A stretch of DNA of 63,997 bases, counting the filler, from Sphacelaria rigidula (lineage: Eukaryota): assembly GCA_964200075.2 (NCBI GenBank). It is 8 parts of 8 records of this genome, joined end to end, with 100 filler letters (N's around TTAATTAATTAA, not from the genome) between each part and the next. Parts side by side here need not be neighbours in the genome. Positions count along the whole stretch, not along the records: positions 32,051 to 39,962 come from CAXNAA020013000.1; positions 40,063 to 47,974 come from CAXNAA020013001.1; positions 48,075 to 55,986 come from CAXNAA020013002.1; 5 more parts are not named here. One strand, written 5' to 3'. The notes below the pieces were generated by a model, which saw only the letters and a list, made by a program, of their open reading frames with translations, had not been told where the DNA came from and ran no database searches. Positions 38,021 through 54,499 of the stretch are shown here, piece after piece; position 1 is the stretch's first letter, and each line of letters begins with the position of its first letter. The translations under genes and the position numbers were made by a program.

Positions 38021-40278
38021 CTCTGTGCTGCACTACACTTCGCTCAACAACGTTATGCGGTTCTGTGCTACACTGGGGTGCATGGTGTTNNNNNNNNNNG
38101 GTGTTGTGCTGCACGCGTTTGTACTGTACTGGGGTGACCACCTTGTAGAGCAGGAAGGGGGCTCCTCCTGCACCCATGTGCTGGTGCGGCGCAAAAATCA
38201 AACTTTTTTCAACTTCAGTCAAGTCGTTAATATTTAGACAGCTATGGATTTCAGTGAAACATTTTACAACAGAAAGTTTACTTTGTCTACATGGTGAAAC
38301 ATTCCTCTGCATCTCTCCTGGTCGTGTAGATCCAGCGCAATGTCCTCCCATGACACCGGAGGTCGGGTTTCAGCGAGGGGGGTGATGTTCACCCTGAGCT
38401 GCACGGATTCTGCCCTAACGCGTTGCATACAGCACTGCTGTCATTGCAATTTGCGAGAGGAACTGTCTGCCTATGTATGAACGCACCTTGATTGTTCGTG
38501 CGTCTCCTCCTCCCTCCTGGGCAATGCTGTCTGGACCGCTCTTGAATGCACAGCAGGTGCGGACCGTGCTTGCGAAATCAGGATATTTGCCATAATCCAA
38601 CGCTTTTCACCGTTTTTCGCGGAGGCGTTCAAAAGACTATCAAGAAAAAGAAAACTTCCCCCGGCGTGACACTGGCCCAGCGCGTAGTATATGGAGTGTG
38701 CAATCCGCTTGAAGAAGCATCTCATTACTTTTGTCGCACTGGATAACGGCATAATCGTCTGCATGCATGTCTCGCGGCGCAGCTGATGGATTTGAAATTT
38801 GAAAACTCCGTCATGACCACTATACAAAGTGCAGTATAATACGCTGATGCAATGTACGGTCTACGTACAGTATACCCGTACAGTAATACTACGTCACCGC
38901 ATATGAAATACGGCGTAATCAGGGCGTAACCGCATCTCATGTTCATTTAAGTACACTCCTACGGTAAACCACCATTTTTCAGTGCGACTTCTCGCCTGTG
39001 GCTCCGTGTTCCATCATGAAACTTTGCACACTAGTTGGACACAACACAGGCAGCATATGCCCACAGCGTCCACGCCATGGGGCCGGTAACAACGTACTAC
39101 ATGGCCCCAACCGATTGTGAGGAATGCCGTCCATGCGCTCTCAAATCGGCCATGCAGCTGCCCAGATTTTGCGCTCTACAGGTGAACGCATATGTGCACG
39201 CGCAAATGCACAAACTTGGACATTTAGCGCGGCTGGGCGGCCGATGTGATAGAAAACTGACGCCGGTCTGTACCACGACCCTGTCCGGGTCATGACCATC
39301 TGCAGTGTACCGATCGGCACACAGTCTGTAGACTGGGCAGTTCATGACTCACGACCCTACCTGCGCTATAGCCGCTGCGAGGCACTGAAACTTTGCTCAT
39401 ATGTTGTGCGAACCACAGTCAACAGTTCCACGTCGCTACATCTGGTATTGTGCGCTGCAGGAGTGCGCACTCAAGGGGAAAGTGGTCAGATTCTGTCCCA
39501 AAACAAATGTGTTTCGTTTTATTTTGGCGCGACCCTGATACTGCAGCCAGTACGGACGTCGAACACTACAGACATATATCACTTCAGGTACAGTGTACTA
39601 TATATCTACATGCGCTGCATGCATGTATGCACAAAGTACAGCAGCATCACTATACGGTACGTGTAGCACAGCACGCAGACATAACACTGGTGCGATACAG
39701 AAATATCCAGTACTATGCAAGTACGGGAAAGTGAGGCACAGACGATGTGACACAACCATCAATGGCCGCTCCAGCGAATGCACAATTGTGCCAGAGAATA
39801 CCCCCGCAGGGAAAATGACCACGAGCTATGAATAGTGTACCGTAATTAATTGTGCGAGTCATCGCACACACCCTGGACCGAATTTCAAAGCTCGATTACT
39901 CCACAACAAGAGCATCAGTTCTGAAAAGGGTGACGCTGGAAATATCTCATCGATAGCTGTCCNNNNNNNNNNNNNNNNNNNNNNNNNNNNNNNNNNNNNN
40001 NNNNNNTTAATTAATTAANNNNNNNNNNNNNNNNNNNNNNNNNNNNNNNNNNNNNNNNNNNNCTCGCCGAACACACCACGGCGCTTCGCGCCTGGTGGTT
40101 TGAGTGCAGGCCTGCTCCGGCGAAAACCCGGCGTGCTCCGTCCTGGCATTAACGGGATGCGAGGTCAATGGTCTTTAGACTATGGCATGCATGATCATGA
40201 GTACACCCTCTCTGCTCGCGTTCCTCACCATTCCTTCCCGGACTAACGTCCATTTTGAACCCTTTGTTCCTTTCGCAG

Positions 40279-44534
<4,256 letters not shown>

Positions 44535-45699
44535 GCGCAAGGGACGACAACGAATGCAATGGCGACTTTTTGTTGAGAGTGGGTGTGACACAGTAGTTCT
44601 GCTCTCTAGTCTTCATGAATGCTTCTTATTCAGATCAATTGGCAGATTCGCTTTGCTCAAAAGCCGGCGCTGATGGTATCTCTTGTCCCCCCTTGCTTTT
44701 GTTGCCTGTACTGCCCAGAAATCTTTCTTCTGAAAACTGCTTCTTGCGCCAGTTTTTGAGAGTGTGGATGCTAGTCAGGGAATTGTGGGTTGCCTCTTCT
44801 CAGGATGCGTCTTCGTCATTGTTTTTTCTCTTATCATGATAAACTCGCTTTTTGTTTGTTGAATATTTTAGTTGGCACCACGTACGCTCCCCTCTCCCGT
44901 ATACTGCAGTATCGAAGGTAGGGTTTAAAAAGCAGACACTACTGGATGGGGACAAGGAGTACATGTATCACCTCCCGTGTTATACCGTATCAACCTTGGT
45001 ACACCTGAAACATGTCGCAGCTGCTGTGCATCATCAGAAACATGTCGCAGAATGAGTTCTTCGATGGATGGTCTAAAGTCGAGCCTGTCGTGAAAGAATG
45101 TGTCGAAAAACAAGCGTAACCAAGGGCCGCTATTATTTTGCCATACGCACTACAATTATGGGCACTAGCTGTCGCCCTCCAGCTGGTGGTTCATGTTGAG
45201 CGTGAGGTGTGCGTGCATTAGTGCGAGACTGTCAAGCGTTAGTTATGGTTTTGTATGGATGCAGAAGCTTTACATTTTCTATTGTCGCATATGTGTGTAA
45301 TGCGGCGCAACTAATTGTAGTGAGATATTTGTATGTGAGCGTGTACAATGAATCACTCAGTCTTGTGTTCCCAACTCCTTGGTCAAGCGCTGAGCTTCCC
45401 CACGAGCCCCAAGGAAGGCATAGAAGGCATATACAGCACCATTACATTTGAGGTGTGACTAGGTGCAATCTTTTCAAGCACTGGAACATACCCATGATGG
45501 CTGCGCAAGAGGTTCAGGATCGACGCAATCTCACGGGGGACAGTCTGATAGGGGACTCACGCGGTAAGTCTTAGATTACCTTCTCCAGTGAAGCTTCGAA
45601 GCAATCGGGGGGGTGGAGGATATTTGAACAGTTGTTTCTCGCCACGACCCGGGAGTTGGGTGTGGGCGATGCTCCTACAGGAAGGCTGAAGGTGCCCGA

Positions 45700-46340
45700 G
45701 GCGACAGCCGCAAACGCTGATGAAGCAGCCAGGGTTGCACACAGAAAGGCAGTTGAAAACGTTCAGGAAAGAACGGGATTTTGTACGGGCGACTACTGAT
45801 GAGTGTTTTGCAGGGGCCTTTTGTGTACACAAGCCCTGCAGTCGCGACGGTTCTACCCTATGGGCCAGCGCATAATGAGATAATAGTGAGATAAATGGGG
45901 ATGGCCATGGTGCTTTCCACAATCTGAAATCAAAGTACGACGTGACAAAAAGTTTTCGCAGTTGACACTTTCTACGATGCCCCTCCCCCCTCCCCCTCAA
46001 AAGTACCTGGTTGGGGGAGGCAAAATCTTCATCGAAATTGGAAACGCCGAGCACAACGAGCAGCTGGGAATTCCCACCCTTGGGTTCGTCCTCGCTAATG
46101 TCGCCAATATGAGGTGCTTCATGCAACCTGGACCCAAACATCAGGCGCTGTATGGCCATAATTTTCGTGACACGTTTTGGCTGGTTTTGGGGGAGGGGGG
46201 TATCGTAGAAAGTGTCAGTTGGGATCTTGAAGAACAACTGACTGCAGCGAGCATGCAAAGCGAAGACGACTTGGATCCATCGCGCCTGATTAAAAAAATT
46301 AGAAGTATTCAGGCCAATTTGACGGCGATTGGACAGCCAC
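45700..46340 (+). mobile_element. Copia gag relic interrupted by a MITE
   Basis: DGHGAFHNLKSKYDVTKSFRS^WDLEEQLTAASMQSEDDLDPSRLIKKIRSIQANLTAIGQP resembles Copia gag (UBN2-like); stops lie upstream. Confidence 0.55.
45964..46216. mobile_element. Complete 253-bp MITE, TIR GACACTTTCTACGAT, 4-bp TSD AGTT
   Basis: TIRs at 45964-45978 and 46202-46216; AGTT at 45960-63 and 46217-20. Confidence 0.9.
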
Positions 46341-47361
46341 ATTACGTTACCTTGTTCGCAAGCTGTATCGCTCTCTCCCGGAGAAGCACGACCAACCTTT
46401 CAAGGTTGTATACTCGTACACACAGCACGTGACAAGCCAGAAAGGCTTGGGCTTCGAAGACCTGGTTCGTCGGGCAACTTCGTTCAATTTCACTTCGTGA
46501 CTTTGGTTTCTGCTCCGGATAAAAAACTCGACTAATCGTTTTTTTGCGACTCGAATTTTGCGACCTTTTCATTATATATTTTACCACTCTAAAACCCATA
46601 TTGATTTTGTTTTGGGGACGGGGAAACTTGGTCAAACAGAACCTAAAGCGTCCTGCTCCAAGGAGCACCTGGACTCACAGCAATTGCTGCCTACGTAGTA
46701 TCATCCTTCAGATCGAAGTCTTGAGTGAGAACGCCCAGCGTGCAGCTGCTGGAAGCAACCACTGCGTCCTGCCACGACCCTTCCCCACGTACCCGACAAA
46801 GGAGCAACATCTCCGTACAGAGATTAGCAATGCTAGCAGATCCTACAGGCTGGTTCAGATTGAAAAAACACCAAATATACACCCCGGGGATTCCCGAACG
46901 CAATTCTTTACTAATGCGCACAAATTTGGTATCGTAGGAAAGCTCAGGACAAGACAAAGAGGGTAACTTTCCCAGATTTTCGAGTTCGGCCGTGGGCTTA
47001 GCGCTATGGGCGAAAATAAGTATCAGATAATCAGAAGCCTTGAAAAATGGCCAGTTCCGCCGCATTTTTGTAATCTCGCCGCTGAATTTTCCAATGCGGC
47101 GCAGCCGTTAGGGTTGCTTCATTTTCTTCTCAGCAACACACCTGCACGCCAACATAGCAGTGGTACGCAACTAGAAGCGCCATGGCGACCCCACTGCGAC
47201 CCGTGGATGTCAACACACGCGCCGAAGCGTAAAGTGTCCGTAGTCACTTTACGGGCTTTACGGGCAAGAATAGGTGGGTATATGAACCCACGATCGGATA
47301 CGAGGGGAAACCAAAGGGCATTCGGCAGATGTTGTAGGAAAGGGGGCTGTGGGAAGAAGGA

Positions 47362-47852
47362 ATGACCGGTAGCGCCGACCCCAAGACGGGGAAAAACTGT
47401 TACACGGTTCTAGGCAATTGCCCTGACTACAGAGCGGAAAAATCCGCACTGCAGCACTTGGTAGAGATCCGCGGGCACATCCTCGTCATGTCACCGAAGT
47501 GTCATCCTGAGTTGGCAGGGGTTGGGGTCGAGTACTCTTGGGGCAAAAGTAAACTAGAATTCCGGCGAAAGATCAACGACGAGGACCCCAAGCATCTCAA
47601 AGAAAACATCCTCGAGGCACTGAGCACGGACGGTATTCTTACACCCAAGCGGGTTCGTCGATATTTTCGCGGCGCACCAGGGATTACCGTCGTACCTACG
47701 CCTTGTTGGCGAGTAAGGGTGATGATTTGGAGGAGTTGAAGCGTGCGCACGGGGGGGCGGAGGGGTACAAGCTCATCGAGAAAATGTGCGCCGCGTGCAA
47801 GACGCACCGCAATATTGTGGGCATGGAAGTAACGTTTCTCAACAGCGAATAG
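47362..47852 (+). pseudogene. C-terminal fragment of an IS630/Tc1/mariner-like DDE transposase (frameshifted)
   Basis: DYRAEKSALQHLVEIRGHILVMSPKCHPELAGVGVEYSWGKSK...RVRRYF^RRTRDYRRTY...CKTHRN; the PKxHxEL..E..W..K motif is present; frameshift at about 47665. Confidence 0.75.
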
Positions 47853-48590
47853 GTGAAGTCGATGTCAGGCGTTGTAGGTTGTTCGTGGGTGTGGATGTGT
47901 TCGGATATGTTTCCGTCTTTTTTGTTCTTGTTCCAAGTACTTTTTTGCGCCGGTGTGGGCGGGCGGGAGAAGGGNNNNNNNNNNNNNNNNNNNNNNNNNN
48001 NNNNNNNNNNNNNNNNNNTTAATTAATTAANNNNNNNNNNNNNNNNNNNNNNNNNNNNNNNNNNNNNNNNNNNNAAAAAATTTCCCGCATTGTTAAAGAG
48101 GTGTGAACCAAAACCGCATAATTTCCTCCCCCCCGGCGGGCCCCCCCCCCCCGCGGGGGGGGGGGGGGGGGTTACGCGACTCCGCCGCGTTGCCTTGCCA
48201 GGGACGCTGGCGGAGTCGCGAGACGGCTTCGCCGCTAGATATCCAGTTTGAACTTATTACTGTAACTAGTTGTAATTTTTTACGAGCAGTTGACTGGTAA
48301 GCCAAAACAGTTTACACCTCTGCGGAAAACACTTTGCCTACGAGCTGGGCCAGCCTTAGGGTGAATTTGCAGTTTGCAGGCCCATTCGTCGGCCAATACT
48401 CAGAGTTGAAGCCTGAAACTTCATATGGGCAATGAGTAGGGCATAACAAAAAAAATACGCGTGTATCCAAACATTTTACAATTACCGGTAGGGGACATGG
48501 GAAATCCGGGGTATTTACCATTCCTGGTACGCAGTACACTTTTTGACAATATCATGTATTGCCATTATCCACGGTGTGATGTTTTCTCAC

Positions 48591-51500
48591 CTGCTTGGCC
48601 TTGTCGGACACAGCAACAAGAGCCTTCTCGCGGTCGGCAGCGGCGGGAGCCAGGAGCTCGATGTTGTCCTTGATGTCCGCCTTGATGGATGCCTTCTCCT
48701 TCGCCTTCGCACCCCTGTGCCTGTTCTGGAAGAATCGCTGCTCTCGCTTGGCTTGCACTTCCTTGACCTGATTTTTTCAACATATCCAAACAAAATAAAA
48801 AAGAGGCGTGAGCGGTAACGGTTGCACTCCCTTGGCCTGAATTTTTTCGGCTTTGAAATGAAGCGTGTCAAAAGAAAGTAGGTACTGTAGGAGTAGGCGA
48901 CAACGGTTACTCTGTCTTGATTTGCAGTTTTTGCTGTCCAAATAAACAAAAAAACACACATCCTTACGAATAGTGATAACAGTGCGGTTGCCCGTGAATC
49001 TCGTTCGTGTCGTGGTGGAAAAAAAAAAAACTCAAAGTTGCACGAGTGCTGTTCCTTGACCGCTCACCTTCGGTGTGAAAGAAAAGGAGAGATTCTAGAG
49101 GAAAAAGAAACTACCATGCACAAGTTTTTACCCTCACGTCCCTTCTGCTCTTGTCAACTTGCTTTCAACTTTTCCGTTTGCACTTTCGTTGTAAAACAAA
49201 AAAAAACTCGCTTTTCTGAGTTTTTAAAAGCAATTATGCTCCTTCATTTATTCATCAATAGCTTGGCTTCGGCCTTCATATGGCCACCGCTGTATTCGTA
49301 GGAGATCAGACACGGTAGTGCGTGACGGCCAATCAGATCAATGCCCGAGGTGGGTGCAGTGAGAGCAGGGACAGCACGCAAAGCGTAGGAATCCCACGCG
49401 AAACTAGCTTCTTCGACGAGAGATACGAGGACAAAATCTTCACTGTGGCGCATGACCTCGTCAAGCAGAGAGGCCGGGATGCTGATCGATTTTCATCATC
49501 TTCGAGAATGTAGGATTCCTTGTGTTGTGTGTTGCGTATTTATGACAAAAATTTATGGCAACATGAAAGACGATGGCGCAGCAAACACGTAGGAGAGGGA
49601 TTGTCGCCGTTCTGCGTACGAACCTTCTTCATCGCGAGCAGCGTCTTGCCCATTGCCTCGCGATCGTACTTCACCGGTCGATTCCGCCGCTTTTCGAAGT
49701 CGAACGTCGAATCCTGTACGCGCAAAGAGGGAAGAAGACATCAACAAGAGAAACAAAACACAAGAAGAAAGACGGAAAAAAAAAAAAGCAGGCGAAATAA
49801 TGCAACGGATCAAACGACGTTTCAGAAAAACATGACATTGGTTAGACTGGATGCAACACCTCGGTTGGATATATGAGGAGTACCGAGACGGAATCCAATC
49901 TAGTCAGGAATGTACGCGCGCAGCTGTTTCACCTCCTAGGCTTGCTATGGGTACCAACGACAAATGTGCATCAACAACCGACAGGAGAAGTATATATATA
50001 TATATATATATCTGGGGAGTACCCACGTACTCTGTGAGGACGATTATTACTAACGAGATTCACTTTCAATATTTTTAGTCCATTTTCGGATAATCTCGAT
50101 GTACTTCTCGGAAAGAAAAAAAACGCGGTCTATACCTTGACCTGGTTGAGAATCTGCGGTCATATTTTTCGGGGATTTTTTGTTGTTTTCCCCCGAAAAA
50201 TTCAGAAAAAAACTTTCGAAAAAACAGCTCCGTTAATAACGGCTTGAACCCGGGACAGTACTTGACGACTTGGCCTTACAGTAACCATTCATCAATTTCA
50301 AATCGAATGAACGGTATTTCAACACTTCATCTTGTAACGACGACAGCCAGCCGCCCACTTACTAGAAGGTGGACTTCAGCTTCGTCTGCGCGCCTGAGGT
50401 TTAGCTTGACGTGGGTTTTCTGGGCTCAAAATGAGCTATATCTTACAAGCTTAGGGCGAGCTTGAAATTTTGTAACAAGTTTACAGTATGCATGAAACGA
50501 GCATAAAGTTGCGATAACTTTTGATGCGCCTCCTCTAGCCATTGCAGCAGCTGTCTGAAAGTGCCCCCCATGGCCTATGGCATGACTCGTCACTCGTCAC
50601 CAGACGGGCTTCAATACTCCAAACTGCCATGGTTACGGATCTGATCCGGAAACGTTCAATGATCAAATAAAAGTTGTATTTTTCAAAAAAATGAAATGAA
50701 ACAAAATAAAAATAAATCTCGAATACCCAAATTTTCGCCCTCTCCTCGTGCTAAAAGGCTCGCCTCGTGAGGAAGAATACTGCCACAACGCCACAACAAG
50801 GACGCGAAGTTGACGCATAATGTACGCATAATTTCGCTGGAAAAGGCTCAAAAAGGGGCTCAAAACAAGGTGGCAAAGCATATATATATATATATAATAT
50901 ATATATTAAAAGGTGAGCATACATTTTTTTTTAAACGCGCAGATGAAGCTGAAGTCTTCCAGAAGACCGACGGTTATCATCACCCGAAAAAGCACTGCCG
51001 GTAACCACAAGAAAGCGCCCAGGTGAGTGTGCTGTTCATCTACCGCATCGGCATCAGATACCACATGAAGAGTCACAGTCAGATACATTATGTCATACAT
51101 CCGCCCTCGAGGCTCGAGTGTCGAACTAAGAAACAATCAGAGGATATTTCAGGTGTGTTCACCACCTGCTCGATGAAGAAATCTCTCGGAAACATATTTT
51201 TTTAATTATCATTAACCCTAACCCCAACCCTAACCCGAGGCAAACCGAGAACCCTTGGATGAGGGAGGTGCCACGCGTTTCCCAGGCAAAGTGTGGCGTT
51301 GGCAGACCTCACAGACACGATTTTGACGAAAACGCGTTTTGCGCACTCGAGGGGCAATTTTGGCTGTCAGCCCCGTTGAAGATCCAAACATCGTCGTTTA
51401 CACTCAAATCAAGTGATAAAATTCTGGGGAGGTTCTGATCGCCAAGTGGTGAACACAACTGGGATCTTTGGCACAAGCAATCGCACACATGCACATGAAA

Positions 51501-54499
51501 CCTAATTACCGAACGGTCCGTGGCGATCACGTAACGATGAAAAGCCTGACCAGGTCTTAACGTGCATGTCGGCTTTCTCAGCCGATCGCCCCGGGGGCTT
51601 ACTTGGTAGCCTCGAAACCTCTTGACGGTTGGGTCGTGGGTTCGAATCTCGGAGCGATCTGGGATTTTTCCTCACACCATGCCGGTCGCCCCGGTGGCTC
51701 AGTTGGTAACCTCGAAACCTTCTGACGGTTGGGTCGTGGGTTCAAATCGGAGCGATCTGTGATTTTTTCTCACACCATGCTCAACAGTGGAGAGCGACTA
51801 TGTCGTGGGTACACAACACTCTGAACCCCTCTCGCGATAAAAAGTAAAAGGCAAGCACCGCAGAAGGAAGGTGGGGTACAAAAAACAAACCAAAAATATG
51901 GTTCCTGTGTTGACCTTCCTCCTGTGTGACCCCGGCTGGTGCGCCCACATATACCGAGAGGTGAAGCCCGGCGTCCAGAATACATGGGACGACAACACAC
52001 ACACCATGCCCAACAGTGGAGAGCGACGACGTCGTCGGTACACAAGATCCGACTTCACGATCGACGAGAGAGAGGGACCGCTGAAACCCTCTCGCGATAA
52101 AAAAAATAAAAGGCAAGCATCGAAAAGGGAAGGTGGAGTACGAAACAAAAAAGCAAGATGAAGAAAAAACTCCTGCTGTTGGTTTTCCTCTCGTGTGACC
52201 CCCCGGCTGATGCGCCCACATGTACCAAAAGGTCTAGACTGGCGTCCAGAATAGATGGGATGACAACACACACCTCAGACGCTACACCTCTTTTCGGAAC
52301 AATATCACCCCTTGACGTTCAGTTCAGCTCAGGTGACCCCGACGATACGGCCGATTTGCTCCTTTTTAACGGCGAGTACTGTCAACGATGACCATGTATA
52401 CTGTGCATTTTGAGGCTCCCAACCCCGAATTCGATGTGATTCCTTCTTCAGATATTCCCAGTGGTCTAAGGGGGGTCGGTCTAAGAAGATCAGGCGCCCC
52501 AACAGTAAGGACCCTGCACGAGGCTCACGAACGTCTCGGAATTGTTCACACATCGGACAGCTCATGAGCTACCTGATAAAATAAAATAAAATGAAGAGGA
52601 CTCTCGAATCCCTCGTCCAAACACACAAAATACATGACCGCAGGGTCCGAGAAGCCAAAGCGCTGTCTTTCCACTAATCCGCGTGCTCGGCGGCCCGCGC
52701 TGTGGGGAGCACATACGGAAAAAGGGGAGCACTATGAGCTAGCTCATGATCTGGATCAGCACACTAATAACAAGTCATACTCGGGTATCGAATGAGCTAT
52801 TCGACACGTGCAAGGTTGTGTTTCTGTAGAGTGTACCCGGACGCGGGGGATTTTGTGGGTGGCATAAGAGATCATAGAGGGTGTGTAGCGAAAATTCCGT
52901 TGTGGTTCGACAGGGTATCGAGCCCTGTTCCGAACACTCCGGTATGGTTGGGTAGGAAATTTGCCCACAAGATACCTCTTATATACTACTGTATATACCT
53001 GATTTCTAGCCGGTATAGCCCACAGAGCACAACCGTGGAAATATGTAGGCTTCTCCTCATCATGTCAGCACGGTTTCGCAAAATAGTGACCCATTATTAC
53101 TTTTGAGATAAACGAATTCTTGAAAAACCGTGCTAGCATAATAAGTAGAAGCCTAGAAATTTGTGTTACTGGAAACACCTCGAGATACTCAAAAAGCAGG
53201 ACCTTGTAGTCGTGGGGGGGAAGGTGGGCTTCGTGGTGGAGACAACTCAGGAATATATATCTGATCGCCTCGGGCGTTTTAGTTCTCAATACCTTGACCA
53301 CACGGGCGGGGCATCTGGGTCCCACCTCCACTTTTCTAGCGAAATAGGGAGCTTCGGGAACGTTGTTTGAGTTCGACATGACATGACTGACAGCAACGTC
53401 AACGTACAAGCTATGTAACATCGGCTTGAGCAATGAAGAAGCGCCAATCCTTGAACCTCGACTGTACTTGTCAAAGGCTTCTACAATGCAGGTTTGAAAA
53501 CAGAGACTGTGTACTGCGCAGGGCGGAACGTCCACACAGAACGTGCCGCGTGTAACAGACCCGGTCAGGCATATGGCATGAACACGGTTCGAGAGCACTG
53601 GGGGAAAGTGCAGCACATGGGAGAAAAGCTATGCCATGCCAAGTTATATCGACAACTATTTCGGGGAGGTTCACTGTAGTTTCGTTTTGTTCTCCGCATG
53701 ACGTCTTATACTGAGGCAGACAAAATTCAAGTTTCTCCCCGAAAATCTCGAGAGATACTGATTTACAGGAGGGCCTAGCCCGGCAGTCAGAACGCTCACC
53801 TCACGGCATCGACCGCACCAATAAAAATATCGCTAAGGGAGACTAGTGTGTTTACGTTTCTGCGGAACACACCATGGTGGAATATCACGAAAATGCGCAG
53901 AATATGGAAGAACACCCGTCCGTATCTGAGCCACACATTGCAACCCCGCATTCCAGGTACAACCATATTTTCACTGGTAATTCAGAAATGATGTCCTAAC
54001 CACAAGCTGTACCTCAACGGCGCTGATTCGATTCATCGGGGACGATCACGCATTAGGCCAGCAACCAAAACACACAAGGGGGGTACTTGGGGGTAGGAGG
54101 AGAGAGAAAGGGGAGGGGGGGAGTCCATGAGAAAACAGAAAGAGCAAGATGTCCCATTGAATTCACGCCTAAAAGGCGACCAAGAACCAAAACGACGCCT
54201 GCGGTGGGCAATGCTCATCATCGTGCAGCAGGCATGTTTATATGAAGTAGAAGACAGTGCCAACTTTTGGGACCTTCTTCTACCCTCAACGCATTACTTG
54301 TATCCTGGTGTACGGTACGCTATCCCGACCACCTTCGGCCGCTCTGTTTCTCCTCGGTTCATGATGATAACAGTACAGCACTCACCACGGCCATCTCCTT
54401 CCCTGCCGCCTTCCGGAACGCTTTGGTCCACTTGGATTTCCGAGGGTTCCTCTTTCGCGTGAAATTCTTGTGACATTTTGATCGGCAAAATCTGAACAC
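48591..54499 (-). CDS. RLP24: Ribosome biogenesis protein RLP24 (RSL24D1, L24e family); exons 54499-54386, 49713-49624, 48767-48591; partial
   Basis: [84 protein letters not shown]...; phase-0 GT-AG introns; first and last exons not found in the contig. Confidence 0.93.
51213..51236 (+). repeat. Short interstitial telomere-like (TAACCC)4
   Basis: taaccc taaccc caaccc taaccc. Confidence 0.7.
51581..52275 (+). mobile_element. tRNA-derived SINE-like element with two heads (100 bp each) and two bodies (~230-260 bp)
   Basis: Heads at 51581 and 51681 with A box TGGCTCAGTTGG and B box GGTTCRAATC; bodies start caacagtggagagcgac at 51782 and 52011. Confidence 0.7.

Noticed and set aside
51581-51780. 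Tandem tRNA genes or a CRISPR-like repeat
   Set aside because: No proper anticodon arm, no unique spacers, no cas genes, and a eukaryotic context; better explained as SINE heads.
53065-53680. Long ORFs in the RLP24 intron
   Set aside because: No recognisable motifs; overlapping frames contain stops; probably a decayed repeat.
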